A stretch of 29,054 nucleotides of DNA from a virus (lineage: Duplodnaviria; Caudoviricetes). Positions 9,599 to 18,271 of the stretch are shown here, piece after piece. The translations under genes were made by a program, and so were the position numbers. Numbering within the stretch: the first letter of the stretch is position 1; each line of letters starts with the position of its first letter. The notes under the pieces were generated by a model. It saw only the letters and a list, made by a program, of their open reading frames with translations, did not search any database and had not been told where the DNA came from. The stretch is from IMG/VR virus record IMGVR_UViG_3300033405_000062, positions 1 through 29,054 of that record. One strand, written 5' to 3'.

Positions 9599-10059
9599 TG
9601 CACGACTAATCGCTTGCCCTTGTTGTTTTTATCGAGCGCCAATGCTTTGAAGTCGTCGATATCGATCTTGTTCATTGATCCGAAGAATCCGGGACGATCA
9701 TACTGCGAGAGATAAGCAGCCTTAGCCGCCCGAGCGGAGCCGAAACCAATCATGCACTTGTCCTCATCGTATTTCCCCGTCACCGGATCATTCTGATGGA
9801 CGACATAGACAATCGGGGCTTCCTCTTCTGGGCCGATGTAGCAGTCAAGGTGGTCCTTGTCCTTCCCGACCGTTCCCAGAATATACCCATAGGCGAAGTG
9901 CATCTTTGTCGCCCACCTGTGGCCATCTTTGTCGACGCCACGGCGCACCGAGCCCTTCTTGTTCTCGATGCTAATCTCGAGGCCCGCGATAGTCCGTCGC
10001 CCTTGCAGCTTGTGGCCGGAGAAGGTGAGCGACTTCGCCAAAGGAATTACCAACAACAC
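9592..10059 (-). CDS. Inorganic pyrophosphatase-like (InPase) domain protein of the phage polyvalent-protein type, 155 aa
   Basis: ISIENKKGSVRRG, YGYILGTVGKDKDHLDCYIGP, YDEDKCMIGF and AKAAYL motifs. Confidence 0.82.
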   Translation of the reverse strand: MLLVIPLAKSLTFSGHKLQGRRTIAGLEISIENKKGSVRRGVDKDGHRWATKMHFAYGYILGTVGKDKDHLDCYIGPEEEAPIVYVVHQNDPVTGKYDEDKCMIGFGSARAAKAAYLSQYDRPGFFGSMNKIDIDDFKALALDKNNKGKRLVVHV

Positions 10060-10068
10060 ATGGGCATC

Positions 10069-10485
10069 CTAGAATCCCGCGTCTTGATCGATGAGCGTAT
10101 AGTGATGGTCGTTCCCGTCGTCATCGGTCCAGTCGCAATCCGACGTAATCTCTCGATGTTGGCCGTGATAGTAGGCCCCGGCCAAGACTGTGCGGAAAAG
10201 AGAATTGTGCCAAGAACGATTGAGCGCGAGCTGATCGGCATAGCCGCCCATGAACCAAGCGCCTTTGTCGTTGTAATACTTTGCCAGTGCGGCCTTGATT
10301 GCCCACCAATAAATACCAAAGGTCTTATATTGCTCGGGGTCTTTTTCGAGGATCTTCCCCACCGCAAGCGCCGTGCGCCGGACATACGACTCGCCACCCG
10401 GTACTTTGAGCATCGGCTCTAGCTTGTCTATGTCCTCATTGCTGTAGTACATACGCATGGCCCCCTTGCACATATACCTTACCAT
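10069..10485 (-). CDS. Hypothetical protein, up to 138 aa (aromatic-rich)
   Basis: Fills the gap between co-oriented genes with tight spacing; start uncertain. Confidence 0.7.
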   Translation of the reverse strand: MVRYMCKGAMRMYYSNEDIDKLEPMLKVPGGESYVRRTALAVGKILEKDPEQYKTFGIYWWAIKAALAKYYNDKGAWFMGGYADQLALNRSWHNSLFRTVLAGAYYHGQHREITSDCDWTDDDGNDHHYTLIDQDAGF

Positions 10486-10488
10486 GCT

Positions 10489-13400
10489 TTATCGACTTAG
10501 CGATATCTTCGTGCGGCTCTTCCCGGAAGTATTGATGATACTGGCCATCCTTACCTTTTCATAGTCGCCCTCGAGGTCAGGGTGCCCCTGTAGACCACTT
10601 TCAATCTCATAGGCGTCATTGCCCGTCGTGTTCGCGATATCGTCTGTGCTCACCCACCCCTCAACATCCTTTTTCTCTTTCGCGAAGGCGCCATACGCCT
10701 TCTTATTGTCCTCGTCCGCAAAATACCGATTCAGCTTTGCCTCATGCACGACCGCAGGCCGAGCCACGTCCCCGTGTATTTTGCTTATTCCATATTCATA
10801 GGTCGACATACTGAGCTTACCGGTCTTTAGTCCATTCTCTATCTTCGTGCGTCCCTCGGCGGAGTATGGATTTATTATAGTAGCTCCCTCGACGTAATCA
10901 GCCCTCCCCGCCGTGCCTATATTCCCGTCCGGTGCCTCCAATATCCACTGAGGCGAATCGGAACCGTAATCGGCATGTATTTTCATGTAGTCGTCATAGT
11001 TCGACTCTTTGTACTCGCGGGGGGAGGACTCAAAGGCTTTGGGGTCAGATAGTTTGGTGAATCGCTCCACGTCGGCAGGGGAAGGATTCGGAATCAGCTC
11101 GCCACCGTCATCTCTACGGAAACTCTTCATCCCATTGGTAGCTGCTTGCATTTTCCCCACAGGCTCGCCACTCAGCATGGAAGTAACATCGTATTCCCGG
11201 TTCTTATAATCAAAGCCCGACACCCTGAGCATCTTGTGGTCCTTGATTACAATATCTCCCATGCGAACGACTCTGTGGTTGCGCTCGTCATAGATAAAGG
11301 CAGGAGGCTTGTCGCCCAGCAGCTCGGGATAGCGAAACTCGGGGTTTCGCTTGAGAGCGCTGTCGAGATTGCTAATGCGATCGAGCCTATTCTGATATTC
11401 GCGTGAGCTCTTGTCCCCCTTGAAGGAGGAGAGCGCACCCCGCATAAGGGAGAGAGCGCGGAGCTGTTTATACGCCTTATGCGTGTTGTCCTTAATATCC
11501 TTCTCTTTCTTTTTCGTATCCATGAGAGCCCGCCGCTCAGTGGCGTCCTTGGCGTTGCCGAACTCCTCGGATAACGATATGAGTAATTCGTCCATGCTCA
11601 TCCCGTCAGAATCAGGATTCAAGAACACGCTTGCTTTCGTCCTCAGGAGTTGGTTTATCCAATTCTGTTTTTTCCCAACAAGGCCCATCGAATAGTTATC
11701 GATTGTACCCCGTGCGGCATAGGTGTGCAGCTCGACCTTTTCTTGCCCATTTCCTTGCCGATCTATACGACCATTCCGCTGTATGAAATCGGCCGGTCTA
11801 TAGGGAATATCAAAATGGTGGAGGGCTGAGCTGTCTTTTTGCAAGTTGACGCCCTCGCCTATCGTCTGAGTCGTCCCTATGAGGATCTTATATTTAGGAG
11901 GCTTGGTCATATTGCCGTCAAAATCATAAACGCCATTGAATCCATCGATTGCGTCCTGGACCGCATCATCGGTAGCCTTTTCGGCCATTTTAACGCCGGA
12001 CTTCGTGATACCGTTTATTATGCCTATCTCTTCCGGTTTGAAGCCGCGAGCGACAAGCGACGCCTTTATTTTTTCGTGCATATTGAGCGTACCGTCGCCG
12101 GATAGAACACGGTCGCAGAAGATAACCTGGCCGCCGCCACGCTTTTCCCTAATATTGGCCGCGTTGTCGGCGAGCATTTCTAGCTTTGGATTCTTCCAGC
12201 CTTTGTATTTTTGTGGATCATACAATTCAAGATCGAGCGAGAGGGTGCGCATGTCCCCGTAAAAGGAGAGAAAGCCACGGCCGCCGTATTTTTCTTTCCT
12301 CTCCTCTGCTGTCATCTTTGAAAACGTCTCAATCTCGGCCGCAAGAGCCTTCACTTCTTTTACTTGCGCCTCATCCTGATCGATAATATTCGGCCTATTG
12401 TCGGGAGTAGGCTTTTTTAATCCGATTGCCTCAGGATCGTTTTGTAGGTCGGTGTACTTGAAAAATAGAGATTGCAATGTCGGGAGATTCTTGTATCCCG
12501 AAAACTTTCGGCTAGTTTTGCTCTCGCCGCCAGCCCAGGAATAATCATCGGAATCGGCAATAACGGCGAAGTTGTTTATGAAGTCGTCGATATTATTGAG
12601 ATTGAGACGCGAAAGCTCCTCAGGAGCAACATGATAGAGCATATTGTAGTATTCAAGTGGAGAATTGGTCATCGGCGTAGCCGTCAGAAGAAAGACGTTT
12701 TTGTTGTCATGGTTCCGGCGAATGTATTCGCACTTCTTGAAAAACGCCATTGCCCTATCGGAATGTCGCCCATCATTTATCCCAGTCTCGCGAGATAAAC
12801 TTGAACTCCATAAAGCCTTGTATGTGTGAGCCTCATCGCAGAATATGGCGTCGCATCCAAAATCCTCGAAGGTAATGGTATGGTTTGTCTTTCCATTTTG
12901 CAGCTTGCTCTCCGCGCTATCCGTCAGTTTTATCTTGATCCGCTCGCTTTTGCCTTCTTTCTTTTTAGAGGTTATCTGTGCGGCCACAGAATCGGTAATT
13001 TCTTGATCGTGCTCTGCCGAAAGCTGGATCTCGCTCGCGCAGGACTCGGAGAGGATAATGGCGTCGTAATCGCCAGACGCAAGCTCTTGGTATCGCTTGA
13101 GACGCCCCTCTTGCGTCGACATCCCCCGAGCACTCGTATCAACGTAGCCGATCTTGAGCCCCGGCATATTCTCCGCAAACTCGGCCACCCAATCCTTGAC
13201 CTTGTTATTGGGCACCTGGAAAAGAGGGCGCTTAACCTTGCCCTCTTGGCGAAGAAGTGCAAACAGGCCAACTGCACTGAGCGTTTTGCCAAACCCAGTC
13301 CCGAGCGCCGATATTCCCTTGCCTTGACGATAAAGATGGTGGATGGTTTGCCATTGATGCGGCTGTAGCGTTTTCTTGCCGCTCCATCCATCCAGCTTCA

Positions 13401-16400
13401 CCGTGTAGGTCTTCGTTGGTGACCCGAGTTCGTTGCGATAGAGGCGGTTGAAAATCTCCTCGGCTTCCTTGCGAACCTCTGGCTCATTCGCCAAAAACGA
13501 TTTGAAGTTCTCGAGCGCATCCTCGTTGTAGGCGTCCGTATCCATGTTGCCGCGTTGTTTCTGATTATTCAGGAAATAGACAAGCGGGTCGTTCTCCTCG
13601 CGCCATTCGCCTTCGTTGTCGGTGATGTAGTTTCTGGTTTTGTAATCATAATGCCGCACATCCTTGCTGGCAATAATGCCCCACTTACCCTTCTCGTTTT
13701 TCGCATAGCTGAACCCATCGGGCGCGGGATGCCCCATGCCATCATCGGCCCATTTGTTGACGATATTCACGGGCACCCATGACGACTGAGGAGCCACGTC
13801 AGACTCCTCGATAGGCGTCCATCCGATTGCTTCACGTAGTTCCTGTATCCCGGCCTGCCACTTCTCACGGTTACGCTTATACTCAGAGCTAGTATAGGCA
13901 TCCACCGCAGCTTGCAAAGCGTCGATTTTCTGCCAGGCATCGCCCGACAGAAAGTCTTCTTTCGCCTGGAATATTCCCTCCGGCGTTACGAATACGTCCT
14001 CATTATTTGACCACATGGCCTCGATAAGAGCATCGGCCTCATTCGGGAAATATGCCTTGATAGTCTCGGGCGTCGCGTCGACCATGTATTCACGGATAGT
14101 ATTGAGCGCGGTTAGCTCTGGCTTGTGGCCGTCGACGATTTCAACTTCTTTGTTGAAGATGTTCTGTTTATTGAGGATGTCGCTATCCATATCGACGACC
14201 AGGGCCTCGGCGACGCCCGTAGTGTTCGGATGGGTGGCAAAGAAGCGCTTCAAGTCGCCGTCGTCCTTCGGAGTAGTCCCGAAATCCTTCTCGTAGGCTT
14301 CGAGGAGCGCCCGTGCTTGCCTTTGTAGGTCGTCTATCGGTTCATCCCTTGTCAGAGCCGCGCGGATACTCCTAATCGTCTCGGCGTATTCTTGCGCGCG
14401 AGCGATCTTTTGAGCCGTCAGCCCGTCCGAGTCCATTAGCTCCCATCGATGACTTTCATTGAGCCGATAGACCTTGCCATTGATCGTTTTCGTCATGCCG
14501 ACGTGCAGGGTTTTCGCAGCAAAGGCCGCAGCTTCCTCGGGGGCGAGCTTTTCGACTTCTTTATGGGCGGGCAGCTCGCGGCCCTTCGTGAGCTCGCGGA
14601 TCTTCCCGAAATCATCCCCGGTCTTCATTGCCACGGGGGAGAATTGCTCGATAGCCCGGTCCATGTCTTCCGGTGCCAGCTTCCCTACCGTTATCTCGGT
14701 ATTGAAGTTCCCCTTCGCGACGCGGCCAAGCCTATGCGCCGGATTCTCGTCGTAATACTTTCCGTCAACGAATGCATCGTCCCAAAATCCAGCCTTCTTT
14801 ACTTCCTCGTCGGTCATCATGACGAGGCGGTCGCGGATATCGTCGGGATAGGCCCGGAACATAACCACGTCGGGCGAGACGCCCGTGCCGGTATGCTTGA
14901 AGGACTCGTCCGGAAGCCGCACCGCCCCGATGAATTGACCCTTGCGGAGCATCACCGCGCGCCACTCGGCATTCCCCTTATTGTCGAGGACGCCCGAATG
15001 GACGATGAGCGCCATGGAACCACCGGGGGCGAGGTTGTCGAGTGATCGCGAGATGAAGTACCGATCGAGGCTTTTTTCGTCTGGCTCGTCCATGAATGAC
15101 GTTTCCACGGACCTGTCCCCGAATGGAGCGTTGCCTATAACCGCGTCGAAGCGATCACTGTAACAGAGATTGAATTGCTCGAAGGAAGAGCCATAGATCC
15201 TCGCTTTAGGCTGTAGGAGGCTCGCCGCGTGCGAGGTCCGGTTGTCGAACTCGACGCCCGTCAGGTCCACGCCATCGGGCGCTGCCTCGAAGAAGACGCC
15301 AGTGCCTGCTGAAGGCTCGAGCACCTTAGCCCCGGCATGAACCGGCGCGAACTTATTCATGAGCTTCCAGACCATGCGGGCGACAGGCGGCGAGGTGTAG
15401 AAATCATAGAGCACTCCGCGCTCGCCCTCGGCCTTTACGCCTCCGAAGCCCGAGTAGAGGCGAATCTTGTCCATTTCCTCCGGCTTGATCTCGTCAGAAG
15501 GCAGCATGAGCAGCTCGGCGACTTCCTGATTGAGCGTTGCGCGCTTGGCCGGAGTTAGATTTTTTCCCTTAGCGGACCAGGAGCCGTAGTCGCGAAACTT
15601 GGTTTTCGTAATCGGCTTGGCGAGCTCGGCCTGAATCTTTCCCGAATTGACCCCTGGGTCGGGAGCAGCCTCGGGCTTTGGGAGCCGATCGGCGACAGGA
15701 GAGGGCACAACAGCCTCGGAATTGGCTGGATTCGCGGCTTCTTGGGGCGCCAATGGCCCCTTGGTATCCGGGACATCGCCGAATGCGGCTATCGCTTTCT
15801 CGCGCGAGGGGAAGGCCCCTAGGCGTTCCCCGTTTGAATCTATCGCCACATGGGCGACTCGACTTCCGCTTTTCCCGGCCTGAATCTCGGTTGTAACCCA
15901 TCCAACCGCCTCGCCACAGCGCTTTATGACGGAAGGCTTATTAGGGCCGCGATCTTCGACCGTCATCGCGGCAGATTGCTCGCCCTCAGGGGCCTTGCTG
16001 GCGACTTTCTCGGGCTCGGGCGCGCGGAATTTGCTAAAAGCCTTCCGGGCCATCGCCTCGTTCGGATAGAACGTAATCGAGGGCACCGTCTCGCCCGCAT
16101 CGGTATCATCGAGCCGAATACCAAACTTCCCGGCATTCCCCCCGGTGTAATACTTCATGAGAACGGCGCGCGTGCCATTCTCTTTATCCTCTACCGAGTC
16201 TATTTCCTCAACGTCTTTCTGCTTTTCCTGGCCCTTGGCTTCCTCCGCAGGCTTCGGTTCGTCCACAGGCGCGCCCCACGCTTGACCTTCACCCTCGCCG
16301 AACAGGTCCGCCTCGTAGGTGTATTCCCCCACGATATCCGCCGCTTTTCCGCCCGCCTTCTTGTGCTTATCGATCATCTTCGCGTCGTCAGGCTTTATCC

Positions 16401-16518
16401 ATCCCGTGCGAAACCCGAGCGCGCCCTTGGCCGTATGGAAAGGTAGGTCGGTTCTCCAAACGAGGCCAGGACGAGCCTTTTTGATATCGTCAGCAGAAAC
16501 AGGTAATACCAGACGCAT
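10489..16518 (-). CDS. DarB-like N6-adenine DNA methyltransferase fused to an SNF2 helicase, 2009 aa
   Basis: MTase motifs FYTSP, VLEPSAGTGVF and VIGNAPFG; helicase motifs LQPHQ, GTGFGKT, DEAH, LTATP, GEGVNLQ and QRNGRIDRQG. Domain order matches P1 DarB. Confidence 0.85.
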   Translation of the reverse strand: MRLVLPVSADDIKKARPGLVWRTDLPFHTAKGALGFRTGWIKPDDAKMIDKHKKAGGKAADIVGEYTYEADLFGEGEGQAWGAPVDEPKPAEEAKGQEKQKDVEEIDSVEDKENGTRAVLMKYYTGGNAGKFGIRLDDTDAGETVPSITFYPNEAMARKAFSKFRAPEPEKVASKAPEGEQSAAMTVEDRGPNKPSVIKRCGEAVGWVTTEIQAGKSGSRVAHVAIDSNGERLGAFPSREKAIAAFGDVPDTKGPLAPQEAANPANSEAVVPSPVADRLPKPEAAPDPGVNSGKIQAELAKPITKTKFRDYGSWSAKGKNLTPAKRATLNQEVAELLMLPSDEIKPEEMDKIRLYSGFGGVKAEGERGVLYDFYTSPPVARMVWKLMNKFAPVHAGAKVLEPSAGTGVFFEAAPDGVDLTGVEFDNRTSHAASLLQPKARIYGSSFEQFNLCYSDRFDAVIGNAPFGDRSVETSFMDEPDEKSLDRYFISRSLDNLAPGGSMALIVHSGVLDNKGNAEWRAVMLRKGQFIGAVRLPDESFKHTGTGVSPDVVMFRAYPDDIRDRLVMMTDEEVKKAGFWDDAFVDGKYYDENPAHRLGRVAKGNFNTEITVGKLAPEDMDRAIEQFSPVAMKTGDDFGKIRELTKGRELPAHKEVEKLAPEEAAAFAAKTLHVGMTKTINGKVYRLNESHRWELMDSDGLTAQKIARAQEYAETIRSIRAALTRDEPIDDLQRQARALLEAYEKDFGTTPKDDGDLKRFFATHPNTTGVAEALVVDMDSDILNKQNIFNKEVEIVDGHKPELTALNTIREYMVDATPETIKAYFPNEADALIEAMWSNNEDVFVTPEGIFQAKEDFLSGDAWQKIDALQAAVDAYTSSEYKRNREKWQAGIQELREAIGWTPIEESDVAPQSSWVPVNIVNKWADDGMGHPAPDGFSYAKNEKGKWGIIASKDVRHYDYKTRNYITDNEGEWREENDPLVYFLNNQKQRGNMDTDAYNEDALENFKSFLANEPEVRKEAEEIFNRLYRNELGSPTKTYTVKLDGWSGKKTLQPHQWQTIHHLYRQGKGISALGTGFGKTLSAVGLFALLRQEGKVKRPLFQVPNNKVKDWVAEFAENMPGLKIGYVDTSARGMSTQEGRLKRYQELASGDYDAIILSESCASEIQLSAEHDQEITDSVAAQITSKKKEGKSERIKIKLTDSAESKLQNGKTNHTITFEDFGCDAIFCDEAHTYKALWSSSLSRETGINDGRHSDRAMAFFKKCEYIRRNHDNKNVFLLTATPMTNSPLEYYNMLYHVAPEELSRLNLNNIDDFINNFAVIADSDDYSWAGGESKTSRKFSGYKNLPTLQSLFFKYTDLQNDPEAIGLKKPTPDNRPNIIDQDEAQVKEVKALAAEIETFSKMTAEERKEKYGGRGFLSFYGDMRTLSLDLELYDPQKYKGWKNPKLEMLADNAANIREKRGGGQVIFCDRVLSGDGTLNMHEKIKASLVARGFKPEEIGIINGITKSGVKMAEKATDDAVQDAIDGFNGVYDFDGNMTKPPKYKILIGTTQTIGEGVNLQKDSSALHHFDIPYRPADFIQRNGRIDRQGNGQEKVELHTYAARGTIDNYSMGLVGKKQNWINQLLRTKASVFLNPDSDGMSMDELLISLSEEFGNAKDATERRALMDTKKKEKDIKDNTHKAYKQLRALSLMRGALSSFKGDKSSREYQNRLDRISNLDSALKRNPEFRYPELLGDKPPAFIYDERNHRVVRMGDIVIKDHKMLRVSGFDYKNREYDVTSMLSGEPVGKMQAATNGMKSFRRDDGGELIPNPSPADVERFTKLSDPKAFESSPREYKESNYDDYMKIHADYGSDSPQWILEAPDGNIGTAGRADYVEGATIINPYSAEGRTKIENGLKTGKLSMSTYEYGISKIHGDVARPAVVHEAKLNRYFADEDNKKAYGAFAKEKKDVEGWVSTDDIANTTGNDAYEIESGLQGHPDLEGDYEKVRMASIINTSGKSRTKISLSR

Positions 16519-16527
16519 ATAGACCCC

Positions 16528-17721
16528 TTATTCGGCTTTCTTCTTATTCGCTAAAGGACTCGGGAAATACCGCATCCAGGAGCCCCTGCACCAAGGGTGT
16601 ACGACTCCCGCAGGCGCCCACCAGGCGGCCTGCTTGCGGCCGATATTTGACTTGCCTTCCCATATCGCCACAGGCGCTATAGGATCGTCGATTTTATCGT
16701 CGTCTAGAGGATGATCCACCCACAAGGCGATAAGGCCACGGATTTTTGAGCAGTAGCCGCAGACATATCCATCGCGCATTTCCATCCGCTTGAAGTAGAG
16801 CTTTTCGCCCGCCTTGGCCGTGGCGGCTTGCTCTCGCAGGAAGGCATTATCGAACGTGTTGACCGTCTCGGTCTCGGCTATTCGGCGCCAGTCTCGGTTT
16901 AGCTCGCCCATTTTATTAAAAAGGTTCTGCGCAATCTGCGACTTGCTCTCTCGACTCGCAATACCGTCAACAATAGTACGCCGTACCGCGTGCTTGGTGT
17001 CGTCCTCGATCTTGGTTATATGGTCGCCTATCGATTGCTCGCCAAGCTCGACGGCCTCGGCGACGCGGTGATAGTGCTCAATCATCTGTTCGCGCTCATC
17101 GGGGCTTGCTGGGCCAAAGAGCTTATCTTGCCGCGCTAGATCCTCGGCGAGCCAGTCGACCGACCGCTTTTGATATTCGACCTCTTTAAGCGGCACCTTC
17201 CAGAGCTCGGCCGATGGATTTTCCATAAGCTTGCGCGCCATGACGCGGCCCAGGGCGACTGAATCGAGTACGATTTTTCGGCCCTCATTGTCTATGCGTT
17301 TAGACAAGAACCGTTCGAGGGCCTTTATGACTTTCTCGAAATCGGCCCGATAGATAGGCTTTCCCGTCTCGGGATTGAAGAGGATCTTCCCGTGATACCA
17401 AATGGCCTCTGAAACCGGGCGAGGGGGGCCGCTCTCGTCTTCTATGGATTTCGAGAAGGTAGTCACCAGAGGAAGGTCGAAAACGTCGCATACCGTCGCA
17501 TATACAGCGTCGAGCGTTTCTCCCATCCGTTGTGCTATGCCATCCACAAGGTCTTCCTCGGCCTTGAAAACAAAATCCTCGGCGTATTCCTCGTCCCTTG
17601 GCTTTATGGTCAGAGGAAGGCCCATCGCCTTCGATAGAGACTCGGTTGCAGCAAGGAACTTATCGCGCCGATTATTTTCGGTTATCCCCGCGACAGTGAG
17701 ACGTATATCGTTCACGAGCAC
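16528..17721 (-). CDS. Head morphogenesis protein (SPP1 gp7/Mu gpF-like), 397 aa
   Basis: WRRIAETE, CGYC and HPWCRGSW motifs; located downstream of the portal. Confidence 0.8.
   Translation of the reverse strand: MLVNDIRLTVAGITENNRRDKFLAATESLSKAMGLPLTIKPRDEEYAEDFVFKAEEDLVDGIAQRMGETLDAVYATVCDVFDLPLVTTFSKSIEDESGPPRPVSEAIWYHGKILFNPETGKPIYRADFEKVIKALERFLSKRIDNEGRKIVLDSVALGRVMARKLMENPSAELWKVPLKEVEYQKRSVDWLAEDLARQDKLFGPASPDEREQMIEHYHRVAEAVELGEQSIGDHITKIEDDTKHAVRRTIVDGIASRESKSQIAQNLFNKMGELNRDWRRIAETETVNTFDNAFLREQAATAKAGEKLYFKRMEMRDGYVCGYCSKIRGLIALWVDHPLDDDKIDDPIAPVAIWEGKSNIGRKQAAWWAPAGVVHPWCRGSWMRYFPSPLANKKKAE
17289..17306. repeat. 18-bp quasi-palindrome copy 4 (TGTCTATGCGTTTAGACA), inside a CDS
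   Basis: Shares the invariant CGTTTAGACA. Confidence 0.8.
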
Positions 17722-18260
17722 GCCTTGAAGGCCCGGAAAATCCCATTGCGAACGGATAACATGATAGACTTCTCAACAACCGTCACTCTCGCCGGAGCTT
17801 CCTCGCACGCCATTTCTTCTTTTTTATTCTCTTCGGGCTTCGCCTGAGATTCGGGTGGTACCTGTTCGGACCAATAATCAACGCGCTCCTTAAGGTTCTT
17901 TAACCGGACCTTCCCTATGTCCTCCGAAACCACGCCGTCGCGCATGTCTCGCCTCAACTTCACAACCCTAGCCTTGGCCTCTTTGAGGGCTTCGCCAACA
18001 TTAACATTGGGCGCCACCATAAGCTGCACGTCGGGCGACATTTCGACCCGGACTTTTGCCTTCGGCTGCTCGAACAGCCCGAGCTGCCCGCGATCGTTGC
18101 TCACCGCATTATCCGACTCAGGGCGGACCCATGCGTTGCGATAGTGCCCCTTGCGGTACGTCTGATCTTTGACCCACACCTTTTTCTGCGCAAGCCCCGG
18201 CCGCGACTTCTCGAGCCGGTCAATAGTTTCTCGGGGGACGAATATGCCAAGTAGTGCCAT
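17712..18260 (-). CDS. Hypothetical head-associated protein, 182 aa
   Basis: Lies between the portal and the gpF-like gene; N-terminal LEKSRPGL...WVRP leader resembles that of the DarB-like protein. Confidence 0.7.
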   Translation of the reverse strand: MALLGIFVPRETIDRLEKSRPGLAQKKVWVKDQTYRKGHYRNAWVRPESDNAVSNDRGQLGLFEQPKAKVRVEMSPDVQLMVAPNVNVGEALKEAKARVVKLRRDMRDGVVSEDIGKVRLKNLKERVDYWSEQVPPESQAKPEENKKEEMACEEAPARVTVVEKSIMLSVRNGIFRAFKACS

Positions 18261-18271
18261 GCAGAGCCACC

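Noticed and set aside
9570-9599. Shared MSKRVD N-termini of ORFs 4572..9599 and 21568..21864 as a protein signal
   Set aside because: Translation of the DNA palindrome; better RBS-supported starts lie downstream (9569, 21831).
10489-16518. Restriction-modification (type IIG/ISP) enzyme call for the 2009-aa protein
   Set aside because: No nuclease motif recognised; head-module location and domain order fit a DarB-like protein better.
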